Below, piece by piece: positions 53,228-64,000 of a DNA stretch of 64,000 nucleotides (positions are counted from its first letter, which is position 1; the number at the start of each line of letters is the position of its first letter). The translations under genes and the position numbers were made by a program. Under the pieces are notes generated by a model. The model made no database searches. It was not told the origin of the DNA and saw only the letters and a program-made list of their open reading frames with translations. This DNA comes from an uncultured Alphaproteobacteria bacterium (GTDB lineage Bacteria > Pseudomonadota > Alphaproteobacteria > Rhizobiales > Methylopilaceae): positions 361,744-425,743 of the forward strand of contig CAVZVY010000009.1 in the NCBI GenBank assembly GCA_963778835.1, given 5' to 3'.

Positions 53228-55147
53228 ATGCCAATCCTGACCTTCCCCGACGGCGCCGCGCGCGAATATCCCGCGGGCTCCACTGGCCTTGACGTCGCCA
53301 AAGCCATCTCGCCATCGCTCGCGAAGCGCACCGTTGCGATGGCGCTCAACGGCACCCTTCACGATCTCAGCGATGAAATCGTCGCCGATTCGAAGATCGA
53401 CTTCGTCGGCCGCGACGATCCGCGCGCGCTCGAACTGATCCGCCACGACGCTGCCCACGTGCTGGCGGAGGCGGTGCAGGACCTGTTCCCCGGCACCCAG
53501 GTCACGATCGGCCCGGTGATCGAAAACGGCTTCTATTACGACTTCTTCCGCGAGGAGCCTTTCTCGACCGAGGACCTGACCGCGATTGAGAAGAAGATGA
53601 GTGAGATCATCGGCCGCGACCGCCCGTTCACGAAGGAGATCTGGTCGCGCGACGAGGCGAAGGAGTTCTTCCGCAAGAAGGGCGAGACCTTCAAGATCGA
53701 GCTCGTCGACGCGATCCCGGCCGGCCAGGAACTGAAGATCTACAAGCAGGGCGAATGGCTCGACCTCTGCCGCGGCCCGCATATGACTTCGACCGGCAAG
53801 GTCGGCAATGCGTTCAAGCTGACCAAGGTCGCGGGCGCTTACTGGCGCGGCGATTCCAACAATCCGCAGCTCCAGCGCATCTACGGCACGGCTTTCGCCA
53901 CGCAGGATGAACTCGACGCCTATCTGCACCAGATCGAGGAGGCCGAGCGCCGCGACCATCGCAAGCTCGGCCGCGAGATGGATCTCTTTCACTTCCAGGA
54001 GGAGGCGCCGGGCTCGGTATTCTGGCATCCGAAGGGCTGGACGCTCTTTCAGATGCTGATCGCCTATATGCGCCGCCGTCAGAACGCGGCCGGCTACACC
54101 GAGGTGAATTCGCCAGACATGATGGACCGGAGTCTCTGGGAGACCTCGGGTCATTGGCAGACCTACCATGACCACATGTTCACGACGAAGACTGAGGACG
54201 AACGCGTCTACGCCCTGAAGCCGATGAACTGCCCGGGCCATATCTGCATCTTCAAAAACGGACTCAAGAGCTATCGCGACCTGCCGACGAAGCTTGCCGA
54301 ATTCGGCAAAGTGCATCGCTACGAGCCGTCGGGCGCGTTGCATGGCCTGCTTCGCGTGCGCTCGTTCACCCAGGACGACGCACATGTCTTCTGCACCGCA
54401 GAGCAGCTGCTCGAGGAGTGCCTGAAGGTCAACGACCTGATCCTGTCGATCTATCACGACTTCGGCTTCGAGGACGTGCGGGTCAAGCTCTCCACCCGGC
54501 CGGACAAGCGCATCGGCTCGGACGAGGTGTGGGACAGTGCGGAAGAGGCGCTCGAAGGAGCGCTCCGGAAGTCAGGCCGTCCGTATACGGTCAATGCGGG
54601 CGAGGGCGCGTTCTACGGGCCGAAGCTCGAATACGTGCTGCGCGACGCAATCGGCCGCGACTGGCAGTGCGGCACGCTGCAGGTCGACTTCAACATGCCG
54701 GGACGCCTCGGCGCTTTCTACATCGCTCCTTCGGGCGAGAAAGTGCAGCCGGTCATGCTGCACCGCGCGATGTTCGGCTCGCTGGAGCGCTTCACCGGCA
54801 TCCTGATCGAGCAGCATGCCGGCGCGTTCCCGCTCTGGCTGTCGCCGGTTCAGGTCATGGTCGCGACCATCACCCAGGACGCCGATGACTACGCTCATGA
54901 TGTGGTCGCGGCGATGAAGAAGGCCGGTCTGCGTGCCGAGGCCGATCTTCGCAACGAGAAGATCACCTACAAGGTTCGTGAGCACTCGCTGGCCAAGGTG
55001 CCGGTACTGGCGGTGATCGGGCGGAAGGAAGCCGCGGAGCAGACGCTCTCGATCCGACGCCTCGGTTCGCCGGACCAGACGCCGTCGACGCTCGACGATG
55101 CGATCGAGGTGCTCGTCGAAGAGGCAAGGGCGCCGGACGAGCGGTGA
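53228..55147 (+). CDS. thrS: Threonine--tRNA ligase
   Basis: [45 protein letters not shown]. Confidence 0.97.
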   Translation: MPILTFPDGAAREYPAGSTGLDVAKAISPSLAKRTVAMALNGTLHDLSDEIVADSKIDFVGRDDPRALELIRHDAAHVLAEAVQDLFPGTQVTIGPVIENGFYYDFFREEPFSTEDLTAIEKKMSEIIGRDRPFTKEIWSRDEAKEFFRKKGETFKIELVDAIPAGQELKIYKQGEWLDLCRGPHMTSTGKVGNAFKLTKVAGAYWRGDSNNPQLQRIYGTAFATQDELDAYLHQIEEAERRDHRKLGREMDLFHFQEEAPGSVFWHPKGWTLFQMLIAYMRRRQNAAGYTEVNSPDMMDRSLWETSGHWQTYHDHMFTTKTEDERVYALKPMNCPGHICIFKNGLKSYRDLPTKLAEFGKVHRYEPSGALHGLLRVRSFTQDDAHVFCTAEQLLEECLKVNDLILSIYHDFGFEDVRVKLSTRPDKRIGSDEVWDSAEEALEGALRKSGRPYTVNAGEGAFYGPKLEYVLRDAIGRDWQCGTLQVDFNMPGRLGAFYIAPSGEKVQPVMLHRAMFGSLERFTGILIEQHAGAFPLWLSPVQVMVATITQDADDYAHDVVAAMKKAGLRAEADLRNEKITYKVREHSLAKVPVLAVIGRKEAAEQTLSIRRLGSPDQTPSTLDDAIEVLVEEARAPDER

Positions 55148-55160
55148 GCGGAGCGGCCTG

Positions 55161-55288
55161 CCTCTCCCGTTCACGGGAGAGGTCGAGTCGCCGAAGGCGA
55201 CCGGGTGAGGGGAAATCACGGACTCAGCGCTGCCCTCACTCCGCTCGCTGCCGCGAGTTCGGCTCTCTCCCGCAAGCGTGAGAGAGAG
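55161..55288. repeat. Paired REP/RIME-like palindromic intergenic element
   Basis: CCTCTCCCGTTCACGGGAGAGG..GGGTGAGGGG, then an inverted CCCTCAC...CTCTCTCCCGCAAGCGTGAGAGAG, between convergent genes. Confidence 0.7.
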
Positions 55289-55289
55289 T

Positions 55290-56262
55290 TCAGCGCGCCA
55301 GGACGTCGATCCGCGCGTTCTTGCCGGCTGTAACTTCAAACGGCCTCTGAAACGGCTGGGGCTGTCCGTCGACACGCGCCACGGCGACATATTCGCCTTC
55401 CGCCAGAATGATATCGCGCGTGTTGTTCAAGGTATCGGTCACGGCGTCGCCGCCGGGCGTCAGGATATTCCAGTTGGCGTTCTGGATCTCGATCCCGCCC
55501 GCGCCGACGAGACGAAACGCGACATGGGCCGCTTTGTGCAGAACCGCAGCGTCCGTCAGCTTACCGGGCTCGACCCGGACTTCGGAGACGATACGGGCAT
55601 TAGCGAGTCCGTAGGTTGACGTGATCTGGTAGGAGCCTGCCGGCAGGCGCACGATATCACCGGCCTTGATCTTGTCGGCGATCAGCCGCTCCATCTCGCC
55701 GTCGGTGCGATGGATTTCGAAGCTGAGATCCTTCGCCGGGATTGCCTTGTTGGCGACGCTGCCGGTGAAGCGGATCGCGCCGGCATTGAGCACCACGCGC
55801 TGGCTTTCCGCGCCAGTCCCCAGCACCACAGGGCGGGTGACGGTCGCGAGCCCATAGCTGACATGGACGATGTAGCCGCCGGGATCGAGCGTCACCAGCG
55901 GGCGCGGATCGGTCGTTTCGACGACGAGCGCGTGGTTGCCGTTGACGTCCGCCTGATCGGAGAAGATACGCCAACGCAGGCCGGTATTGATGGCTTCCGA
56001 TCCTTCGAAGAAGAAGGCTTGGAGGCTCAGCACCGTCTTCGTCATCGAAGAGGGGCTCACCGGAGCGAGCGTCCCGCGGCGCAGGCCGTCGGGGCTGACG
56101 ATGCTGCTGCCCGGCGACAGGTCGATGCCAGGAGTTCGAAAGGTTCATGCCGGGATCGGCAAGCGAGTTCGACTGCGCATGGACGAGCGACGGGGCGGAG
56201 ACCGCCACCAGCACCGAGACCAGAATCCTGCGCGCAAGGCGTCGCATTTCCGTGATCAGCAT
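55290..56262 (-). CDS. Secreted hypothetical protein with repeated beta-sandwich modules; frameshift near 56100
   Basis: Signal peptide in ORF 55657..56262; body in 55290..56060 (LDPGGY, LPAGSY, LAEGEY repeats). Confidence 0.65.
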
Positions 56263-56365
56263 GGAAATGGGTTTTCACGAAACCGGGGCATTTGCAAGAC
56301 AACGAGCGTCGGCGTTGCCCGTTGTGCCGGATTTTGCGAAGAGGTGTGACATATCTGGAGAGTAC

Positions 56366-56932
56366 ATGCCCGAAGCCATAGACCTTCTGCTCACCCGCCG
56401 CTCCGTCCCCGCGTTCACGCTGACCGAGCCCGGCCCCTCCAAGGAACAGATCGAGCAATTGCTCACCGCCGCGAGCCGCGTGCCGGATCACGGCAAGCTC
56501 GCGCCGTGGCGGTTCATTCTGATCGAGGGACCCGCCCGCAAGACCTTCTCGGCGAAGCTGACCGAGCTTGCCTTGGCTGAGCGGCCGGATGCCGATCGCC
56601 AGAGGCTGTCGGAGGACGAGAAGAAGTTCGATGCGCCGCTGACCGTCGTCGTCGTCAGCCGTTCCGGGCCTCATGTGAAGATCCCGGAATGGGAGCAGAA
56701 TCTCTCGGTCGGCGCCGCTTGCATGAATCTCGTCGCGGCGGCTCACGCGCTCGGCTTCAAGGCCAATTGGCTGACCGGCTGGGGTTCCTACGACCGTCGT
56801 GTCGCCGACCTGCTCGGCCTGTCCTCGACGGAAAAGATGGCCGGCTTCATCCATATCGGTTCGAGCGACATGGTGCCGCCGGACCGTCCACGTCCGCCGC
56901 TCGACGAGATCGCTACCCGGTGGATCGGGTGA
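56366..56932 (+). CDS. Nitroreductase (YdjA-like)
   Basis: LLTRRS, RVPDHGKLAPWRF, AAHALGF..NWLTGW. Confidence 0.9.
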   Translation: MPEAIDLLLTRRSVPAFTLTEPGPSKEQIEQLLTAASRVPDHGKLAPWRFILIEGPARKTFSAKLTELALAERPDADRQRLSEDEKKFDAPLTVVVVSRSGPHVKIPEWEQNLSVGAACMNLVAAAHALGFKANWLTGWGSYDRRVADLLGLSSTEKMAGFIHIGSSDMVPPDRPRPPLDEIATRWIG

Positions 56933-57546
56933 GCGGAGACGTCCACTTCTACGAACCGGCCAAGGGTCACGGCCTGCCGCACGACCCGTTCAAGGCGATC
57001 ATCGCGCCGCGACCGATCGGCTGGATTTCGTCGGTAGACGTGGAGGGGCGGGTCAATCTCGCCCCCTACAGTTTCTTCAACGCCTTCTCGTCTGTGCCGC
57101 CGATCATCGGGTTCTCGAGCGAGGGCTGGAAAGACAGCGTCTCGAACGTCGAGGCGACGAAAGAATTCGTATTCAATCTCGCGACCAGGCCATTGGCTGA
57201 GGCGATGAACGCGACGGGAGCGGCGCTCCCACATGGCGTCGACGAAATGCAGCAGGCGGGGCTCGATCCGGCACCCTCGAACATCGTCCGGGCGCCCCGG
57301 GTGGCGAAGAGCCCGGCGGCGCTGGAATGCCGTTTGACTGACATTATCGAACTCAAGGACCTCAACGGGCAAAAGCTCGGCCGATACCTCATCCTCGGTC
57401 AGGTTGTTGGCGTACACATCGACCGCGCTTACCTGGTCGACGGCCTGTTCGACACAGCCGCCGCCCGTCCGATCGCGCGTTGCGGCTACCGGTCCGATTA
57501 TGCCGAGGTCGCGAGCCTCTTCGAGATGAACAGACTTCAACGCTAG
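56929..57546 (+). CDS. Flavin reductase-like FMN-binding protein
   Basis: HDPFKAIIAPRPIGWIS, NLAPYSFFN, ARCGY; GTGA overlap. Confidence 0.88.
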   Translation: MSGDVHFYEPAKGHGLPHDPFKAIIAPRPIGWISSVDVEGRVNLAPYSFFNAFSSVPPIIGFSSEGWKDSVSNVEATKEFVFNLATRPLAEAMNATGAALPHGVDEMQQAGLDPAPSNIVRAPRVAKSPAALECRLTDIIELKDLNGQKLGRYLILGQVVGVHIDRAYLVDGLFDTAAARPIARCGYRSDYAEVASLFEMNRLQR

Positions 57547-57635
57547 CCCTCGTTCTCCGCTATCGTCGGCGGCTGAAGTCCGCACCGCCGGTGCGTGTCT
57601 GCCTCTGACGTCTCGGCGAATGGGGGAGCGGAACA

Positions 57636-58814
<1,179 letters not shown>

Positions 58815-58821
58815 CCGGGCA

Positions 58822-58850
58822 ACGTTAACCGTTGTTAACGTCTCGTTTAC
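58822..58850. promoter_or_regulatory. TTAAC-rich inverted repeat with a CtrA-like box upstream of the transglycosylase gene
   Basis: ACGTTAAC-CGTT-GTTAACGT, and TTAA-N7-TTTAC at 58835-58850. Confidence 0.45.
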
Positions 58851-58918
58851 CATAAGCGGCCGAAGCTCGCCGCGGGCAGGAAAGCAGCCCGATTCCACCC
58901 TCTGGTGCCGCCGCGATT

Positions 58919-59837
58919 ATGAGCAACTGGTCCGTCAGTTCAGTCACCCAAAGCGTTTCCGGCGCTCTGCGCAAGGCGGCTTCGGCGACCGGAGCGGGGT
59001 TCGATTACCTCGTCAAGACGGCGATGCGCGAGTTCGAGCATGGACCCGTCGGCCAAGGCCAAGGGGTCGTCCGCCGCCGGCATGTTCCAGTTCACCGAGC
59101 AGACCTGGCTGCAGATGGTGAAGGAGGAGGGGCCGAAATACGGTCTCGACAGCCAGGCCGACGCGATCACCAGGACGCCGTCCGGCCGGTTCACGGTCAA
59201 GGATCCGGAGCAGAAGGAAGAGATCCTCGCTCTCCGTTACGATCCGCAGATCTCGTCGGTCATGGCCGGCGCCTTCACCCAGCGCAATCAAGAGACCATG
59301 ACGGCGGCGCTGCGCCGTCCGCCGAGCGACGGTGAGCTTTACGCGGCGCATTTCCTGGGCGCCCAGGGCGCGATCGACCTGATCAGGCTCGTTTCGACCA
59401 ACCCCAGTGCTTCGGCGGCGAAGGCGTTTCCGGACGCGGCCGCCGCGAACCCGACGATCTTCTACAACAAGGGCCAGCCGCGCAGTTCCTCGGAAGTGCT
59501 CACGGGTCTGGTGAAGAAACCCGATGGCGCGCCGGCCGCGCCGAGCTATAGCAGCGGTCAGACCCTGATGGCGGCGAGCCAGGCTCAGCCGCTCTATCCG
59601 ACAGCGAGCTATGCCAATCAGGGCCCGCTGTTCAATTCCCTGTTCTCGACCGACCGCCGTCCGCCGGTATCCGCCTATGTGCAGGGCATCTGGTCGGGCC
59701 TGCAGGCGCCGGCCAGCGCCTCGAACGGCGCGGGCTCCGTTCGCGCTACCAACAATACGGGCATGCCGCTCGATCTCTCGTCGTACAGAAAATCCGGCGA
59801 GCAGCAGACCGGAAACCAGACCACCAAAGGGGTGTAA
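58919..59837 (+). CDS. Lytic transglycosylase (SLT-like) with a frameshift near 59032
   Basis: FDYLVKTAMRE(S), SSAAGMFQFTEQTWL, ELYAAHFLG, AAAANPTIFY. Confidence 0.85.
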
Positions 59838-59841
59838 GGCG

Positions 59842-60987
59842 ATGATCGTCCAGCGTTTCCTTGCATGGGCGCCGACCGCGATGCCCGATCTCCGCGCGGA
59901 AGCCGCCGGGGCACTGGCCCGGGTCTATCTCTATTCCGACCTCATTCCCGGCGAACGCGAGCGTGCCGCCGCGGCGCTGACACTCCTTCTCGAAGATCGC
60001 TGCCTCGACGTCCGTCAGAACATCTCCGAAGCCTTCGCTTCGCACCCCGCCGCTCCCCGTCACATCGTTCTGGCACTCGCTCATGATGCACCGGATATCG
60101 CGATGCCGGTCCTGCAGCGCTCGCCGGTATTGAACGACCAGGATCTGATCGAGATTCTCGCCACGCGCGGAGAAGAGGTTCAGGCCGCAATCGCTTCTCG
60201 CCCGGATCTGAGCGCGGCTCTTGCTGCGGCGATCGGCGAAATCGCGGGCCCGCGTGCTTGCGTGGTCCTGCTTCAGAACGCCGAGGCGACATTCACCCCT
60301 GGCGTCTTCGCCCGACTGACACAGCGTTACGGCAACGATCAGGAGATCCGCTCGATCCTTTTGAACCGCAGCGATGTTCCGATCAGCGAGCGGCAGATCC
60401 TGCTTCTCAGGCTGGCCCATAGCCTTGGCCGGGTGGCGGAGAGGGAGTTCCAGATCGGAAAGGAGCGCGTCCGTCAGCTCACCGAGGATGCCGCCCAGCG
60501 CGCCACGTTGATGCTTGCGGGAGAAGAGGCCCACAACGTACCGGGTCTTGTCAGTCATCTTCGCATCAGCGAGCAACTGACCACCGGTCTCGTCCTGAAG
60601 GCACTTCTGCGTGGCGATCTCGGCTTCGTCCGCTCTGCATTCTCGGAACTCACGGGCATGGAGCTCCATCGCGTCGAACGCTTCCTCGAAGAACCGGAGC
60701 GCGCCGGGTTCCGTGCCCTTTATCGCAGCGCTGGCTTCCCCGACCCCTACCTCAGCGTTTTCCAGGCTGGATTGTCGAGCTGGTACGACAGCGACCGGCG
60801 CGGTCTTTCAATTGCCGCTGGTCGGAAACAGGCAGCGGAGCGGGCGCTGCAAGCCGCGGAAAGCCACCCGCGAGAGCTGGGGCAGGCGATCAATCTGCTG
60901 AGCCGGATTGCGACCGAAGCCGCCCGGTATGAGGCGCGCGAGAGGCTGCAGGCTTACGCCGAGCCGTTGAGGCTGGCGGCCGCATAG
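59842..60987 (+). CDS. DUF2336 domain protein
   Basis: MIVQRFLAW, APRHIVLALAHD, PVLQRSPVLNDQDL, AIASR. Confidence 0.8.
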   Translation: MIVQRFLAWAPTAMPDLRAEAAGALARVYLYSDLIPGERERAAAALTLLLEDRCLDVRQNISEAFASHPAAPRHIVLALAHDAPDIAMPVLQRSPVLNDQDLIEILATRGEEVQAAIASRPDLSAALAAAIGEIAGPRACVVLLQNAEATFTPGVFARLTQRYGNDQEIRSILLNRSDVPISERQILLLRLAHSLGRVAEREFQIGKERVRQLTEDAAQRATLMLAGEEAHNVPGLVSHLRISEQLTTGLVLKALLRGDLGFVRSAFSELTGMELHRVERFLEEPERAGFRALYRSAGFPDPYLSVFQAGLSSWYDSDRRGLSIAAGRKQAAERALQAAESHPRELGQAINLLSRIATEAARYEARERLQAYAEPLRLAAA

Positions 60988-61028
60988 TCCACAGGCTTTC
61001 CACCGGATATCAACAGCCTATCCACAGG
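60985..61028 (+). repeat. Four tandem 11-bp units resembling DnaA boxes
   Basis: TAGTCCACAGG CTTTCCACCGG ATATCAACAGC CTATCCACAGG. Confidence 0.55.
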
Positions 61029-61084
61029 GTTTAACGATCTCTGTGGGCGGACCTCGCTCGGTTTACTGGAGCGGGGTTTTCCGT

Positions 61085-61660
61085 TCAGTGCTCGACGTTG
61101 ATCTTCACGAAGCGATCCACGCCGATGATGCGCTCGCGCGCCGTCCGGAGCGATACGACCAGGTTCCGGGCAATGTCGTCTCCGCCATCGCGGACCTCGT
61201 TCCGGACGACCGCGCGGATCGCGTCGACATGGCCGTCGACAAGATCGAGCACGGTCTGGTCGATCTCCTCGGCCCCTTCGATCAAGTCGCACATCCCGTC
61301 CGCGAACACGGCCGCCAGCGGATAGCCGAACGTTTTGCCCTGGCCGCGGATATCGTGTCCCGCCCGGTAGAGAATCTGGCGAGCTTCGTCGTCAGCCGGA
61401 GCTTCGCGAAAGTTCCCGCGCGCTTCCTCGAGATGGTCGATTTCGAGCGCCATCCAGCCGGAGAACTCCTTCTCCAACTCCCCGAGAGCCGCTTCCGCGC
61501 GCTCCAGCGCCGCCATGTCGAACATGTCCGTTCCGCCCGGTCCGCCGATCGTCATCGTGCGTTTGCGGAGAGTGGCCGGGGGCGTGATGACCTTGTGGTC
61601 CTTGTGAACGACGGTCTCCACCTTGTCCTCGCGGCGGCTTCTGCTCTTCACGCTTCTCAT
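61085..61660 (-). CDS. Hpt-like phosphotransfer domain protein
   Basis: LYRAGHDIRGQGKTFGYP (H-box), HVDAIRAV. Confidence 0.75.
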   Translation of the reverse strand: MRSVKSRSRREDKVETVVHKDHKVITPPATLRKRTMTIGGPGGTDMFDMAALERAEAALGELEKEFSGWMALEIDHLEEARGNFREAPADDEARQILYRAGHDIRGQGKTFGYPLAAVFADGMCDLIEGAEEIDQTVLDLVDGHVDAIRAVVRNEVRDGGDDIARNLVVSLRTARERIIGVDRFVKINVEH

Positions 61661-62202
61661 ATCGCTTCGCGGGCCTTGTGGTAGAGGGGTTGCTGTTCGA
61701 TCAGTTCGACGACTTCAGCCGTGCGGCGCTCCGGGCCCAGATAATTGGCCGATTGGGTGCGCCGGCGGTCCGGTCCGAAATAGTCCTTGGTCTGGACGAA
61801 CGGACGCGGGTTCACGACGACGTTGAGGATGCGCTGATAGAGCGATTTCGCCGAGATCGGCTTGCACAGGAATTCCGTTACGCCGGCATCGCGCGCGCGG
61901 AGCACGCGGCTTTTCTCCGAATGGCCGGTCAGCATGATGATCGGCGCGTAAGGGTTTGAATTCGCGCCAGGTTTCCTGATCATCGCGGTCAGTTCGAGGC
62001 CATCGAAGATCGGCATCGCCCAGTCGGTGATGACGATGTCGGGCAGATAGGTCGTGTAGGCCTCAAGTCCCGCCGCGCCGTCTTCCGCTTCGTAGACCTC
62101 GCGGGAGCCGAAGCTGTGCAGCAGCGTCCGCAGGATGCGGCGCATATGCGCGTTGTCGTCGATGACGAGAAAGCGGAGCTTGTTGAAGTCAACCCGGATC
62201 AT
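61657..62202 (-). CDS. Response regulator receiver protein (CheY-like)
   Basis: LVIDDN, DIVITDW.MP..DG, MLTG, FLCKP, YFGPDRRR. Confidence 0.9.
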   Translation of the reverse strand: MIRVDFNKLRFLVIDDNAHMRRILRTLLHSFGSREVYEAEDGAAGLEAYTTYLPDIVITDWAMPIFDGLELTAMIRKPGANSNPYAPIIMLTGHSEKSRVLRARDAGVTEFLCKPISAKSLYQRILNVVVNPRPFVQTKDYFGPDRRRTQSANYLGPERRTAEVVELIEQQPLYHKAREAI

Positions 62203-62265
62203 AACGGTCCCGCGCACCTGCGAGGAATGCAGATGACAACTCTCGGAACTTTGCCTGTGGCAGGG

Positions 62266-63120
62266 TTAACGCAAGGTTTGAGCGGCCGCGAATTGTTCCG
62301 CGATGATCCGCTCGTCCATGCCGTGATCGGGATCGTGCAGCATCACCATGCTGCGATCGCGGTCGAGCCGGATCACGACTTCCTTGGCGTTTCGGAATTC
62401 GGTGTGGTCGGCAACGGCCGCGACGGGACGCTTGATCGGGTCGAGCACACCGAACCGGACTTCCGAACGGTCGGGGAGCAGTGCGCCGCGCCAGCGCTTC
62501 GGCCGGAACGGATTGAGCGGCGTCAGCGCCAGAAGGTTCGAGTTCAGCGGTACGATCGGGCCGTAGGCCGAGTGGTTGTAGGCGGTCGAGCCGGCGGGTG
62601 TCGCGACCAGCGCGCCGTCGCCGATCAGTTCCTTCATCCGGATCTGGCCATCGACCCAAAGCTCCAGCTTCGCCGCCTGGAAGGTCTGGCGATAGAGCGA
62701 TACCTCGTTGATCGCGCGGGCGAAATGGCGATGACCATCGATATCGAGCACGTGCATGACGAGCGGCTTGATGACCGTCGGCACCGAGACCTCTAGCCGC
62801 TCCATCAGGCCTTCCTCGCGGAAGTCGTTCATCAGGAAGCCGACCGTGCCGCGATTCATGCCGTAGATCGGGATGCCGCGCGACATGAAGCGGTGCAGCG
62901 TCTGCAGCATCAGGCCGTCGCCACCGAGCGCGACGACGACATCGGCGCTTTCGGGCGCGGTGTTGCCGTATGTATGCGCCAGACGGCGGCAGGCCGCTTG
63001 CGCCTCCTCGGCTCCGCTTGCGATGAACGCGACGCGGCTGAACCGCGGGCCCGATTGGCGGGGCTGCGGCTGCAAGCCATCGAAATCGACTGTATCCATC
63101 GTGGTATGCGCGGAGCTCAT
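62266..63120 (-). CDS. ppnK: NAD kinase; start uncertain
   Basis: LGGDG, GTVGFL, AINE, GDGALVATPAGSTAYNHSA. Confidence 0.92.
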   Translation of the reverse strand: MSSAHTTMDTVDFDGLQPQPRQSGPRFSRVAFIASGAEEAQAACRRLAHTYGNTAPESADVVVALGGDGLMLQTLHRFMSRGIPIYGMNRGTVGFLMNDFREEGLMERLEVSVPTVIKPLVMHVLDIDGHRHFARAINEVSLYRQTFQAAKLELWVDGQIRMKELIGDGALVATPAGSTAYNHSAYGPIVPLNSNLLALTPLNPFRPKRWRGALLPDRSEVRFGVLDPIKRPVAAVADHTEFRNAKEVVIRLDRDRSMVMLHDPDHGMDERIIAEQFAAAQTLR

Positions 63121-63133
63121 ACAGGAGCCTTAC

Positions 63134-63454
63134 ATGCAGGGAACGGTTCTCGTCTACACCACTTGGCCGCGCCTAATGGATGCTGAACAGGCTGGACGCG
63201 CTCTGGTGGAAGCAAAGCTCTGCGCCTGCGTCAACATCCTGCCCGCGATGGTGTCGATCTATGCTTGGCAGGGCGCCGTCGAGCGCGCGGAAGAGGTCGT
63301 GATGATCCTCAAGACCAGACGGGAACGTATCGAGGCGTTGATGGAGGCGGTGAGGGCGGCGCATCCCTACGACACGCCGGCCATTCTCGAATTGCCAGTT
63401 GGCCTGGTCGACCCCCGTTATGCGGCCTGGATCGCCGCCGAGACCGGTCCCTAG
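63134..63454 (+). CDS. cutA: Divalent cation tolerance protein
   Basis: LCACVNI, SIYAWQG, HPYDTP; AGGAG RBS. Confidence 0.9.
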   Translation: MQGTVLVYTTWPRLMDAEQAGRALVEAKLCACVNILPAMVSIYAWQGAVERAEEVVMILKTRRERIEALMEAVRAAHPYDTPAILELPVGLVDPRYAAWIAAETGP

Positions 63455-64000
63455 AGCACCGAGGTCCACGCCGAGGGGACGAAGGCGTAGCGATCACCGT
63501 CCTTGGCGATGTGACCAGTCGCCGGGAACGGGAAATGGTAGCTCTGCACCCGCGTCCGGTCTGCCGCCGCCATGTCCAGAATGCGTCGGCGCGACGCCTC
63601 GGCCATCTCCGGGTCCATGTCGAACATCGCATGCCAGCCCGGATTGCGGACGAACAGCGCGGGATGATTGGTCGTATCCGACAGGACGAGCAGGTGATCC
63701 GAGCCGGACGTCACGCGGAAGACCATATGGCCCGGCGTGTGGCCATGTGCCGAGATCGCCTCGATGCCGGGTAGAATCTCGGTGTTGCCGTCGTATCGCT
63801 TCACGACCTTGCGGATCGGCTCGAACGTCTTCCTGACGTTCTCGAACTGCATCCTCAGACTTTCGGGAGCGCGGCTGGCTTGGCCTTCATCGGTCCAGTA
63901 TGCCCATTCGGGCTCCGGAACCAGGATTTCCGCGTTCGGGAATGCCGGCTGGCCGTCCCGGGTCACGAGGCCGAAGATGTGGTCGGCGTGGAAATGCGAG
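63451..64000 (-). CDS. MBL-fold metallo-hydrolase, C-terminal part; starts beyond the right edge
   Basis: SHFHADH (HxHxDH) at the window edge, GHTPGH, YHFPFP. Confidence 0.88.
   Translation of the reverse strand, partial: SHFHADHIFGLVTRDGQPAFPNAEILVPEPEWAYWTDEGQASRAPESLRMQFENVRKTFEPIRKVVKRYDGNTEILPGIEAISAHGHTPGHMVFRVTSGSDHLLVLSDTTNHPALFVRNPGWHAMFDMDPEMAEASRRRILDMAAADRTRVQSYHFPFPATGHIAKDGDRYAFVPSAWTSVL

Noticed and set aside
60985-61084. Replication origin
   Set aside because: Only ~100 bp, no AT-rich unwinding element, and none of the usual origin-flanking genes (hemE, dnaA, parAB, repABC)

Overview
GC-rich alphaproteobacterial chromosome segment, most likely Hyphomicrobiales (pcm-tolC-popZ-valS and ilvD-exoR-xth synteny, DUF1402 and DUF2336 genes). 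It has three parts. (1) About 1-25.8 kb is a large alginate-type exopolysaccharide system with an unusual layout: a divergent type I secretion ABC gene; a secreted AlgE-type epimerase homologue with RTX and Ig-like repeats; then algD-alg8-alg44, a helical-repeat/AlgG fusion, three large Sel1-repeat proteins, a small secreted protein, a beta-helix (PL31-like) lyase candidate, a diguanylate cyclase and algA; then a ribbon-helix-helix regulator and a secreted PL7-RTX alginate lyase. I see no algK/E/X/L/I/J/F equivalents in the window, and CtrA-type boxes lie in two of its promoters. This is the best candidate for an undescribed system. (2) About 26-36.6 kb is a degraded accessory mosaic ending at tRNA-Cys: a decayed IS110/IS1111 element in a hairpin target, efflux fragments, an Rcl-like chlorine-stress trio and a tandem array of structured non-coding repeats. 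(3) About 36.7-64 kb is core housekeeping genes. Many single-base frameshifts, including in essential valS, point to sequencing or assembly indels, so broken frames are not read as real pseudogenes. All family calls come from recognising motifs by eye; no database search was run.
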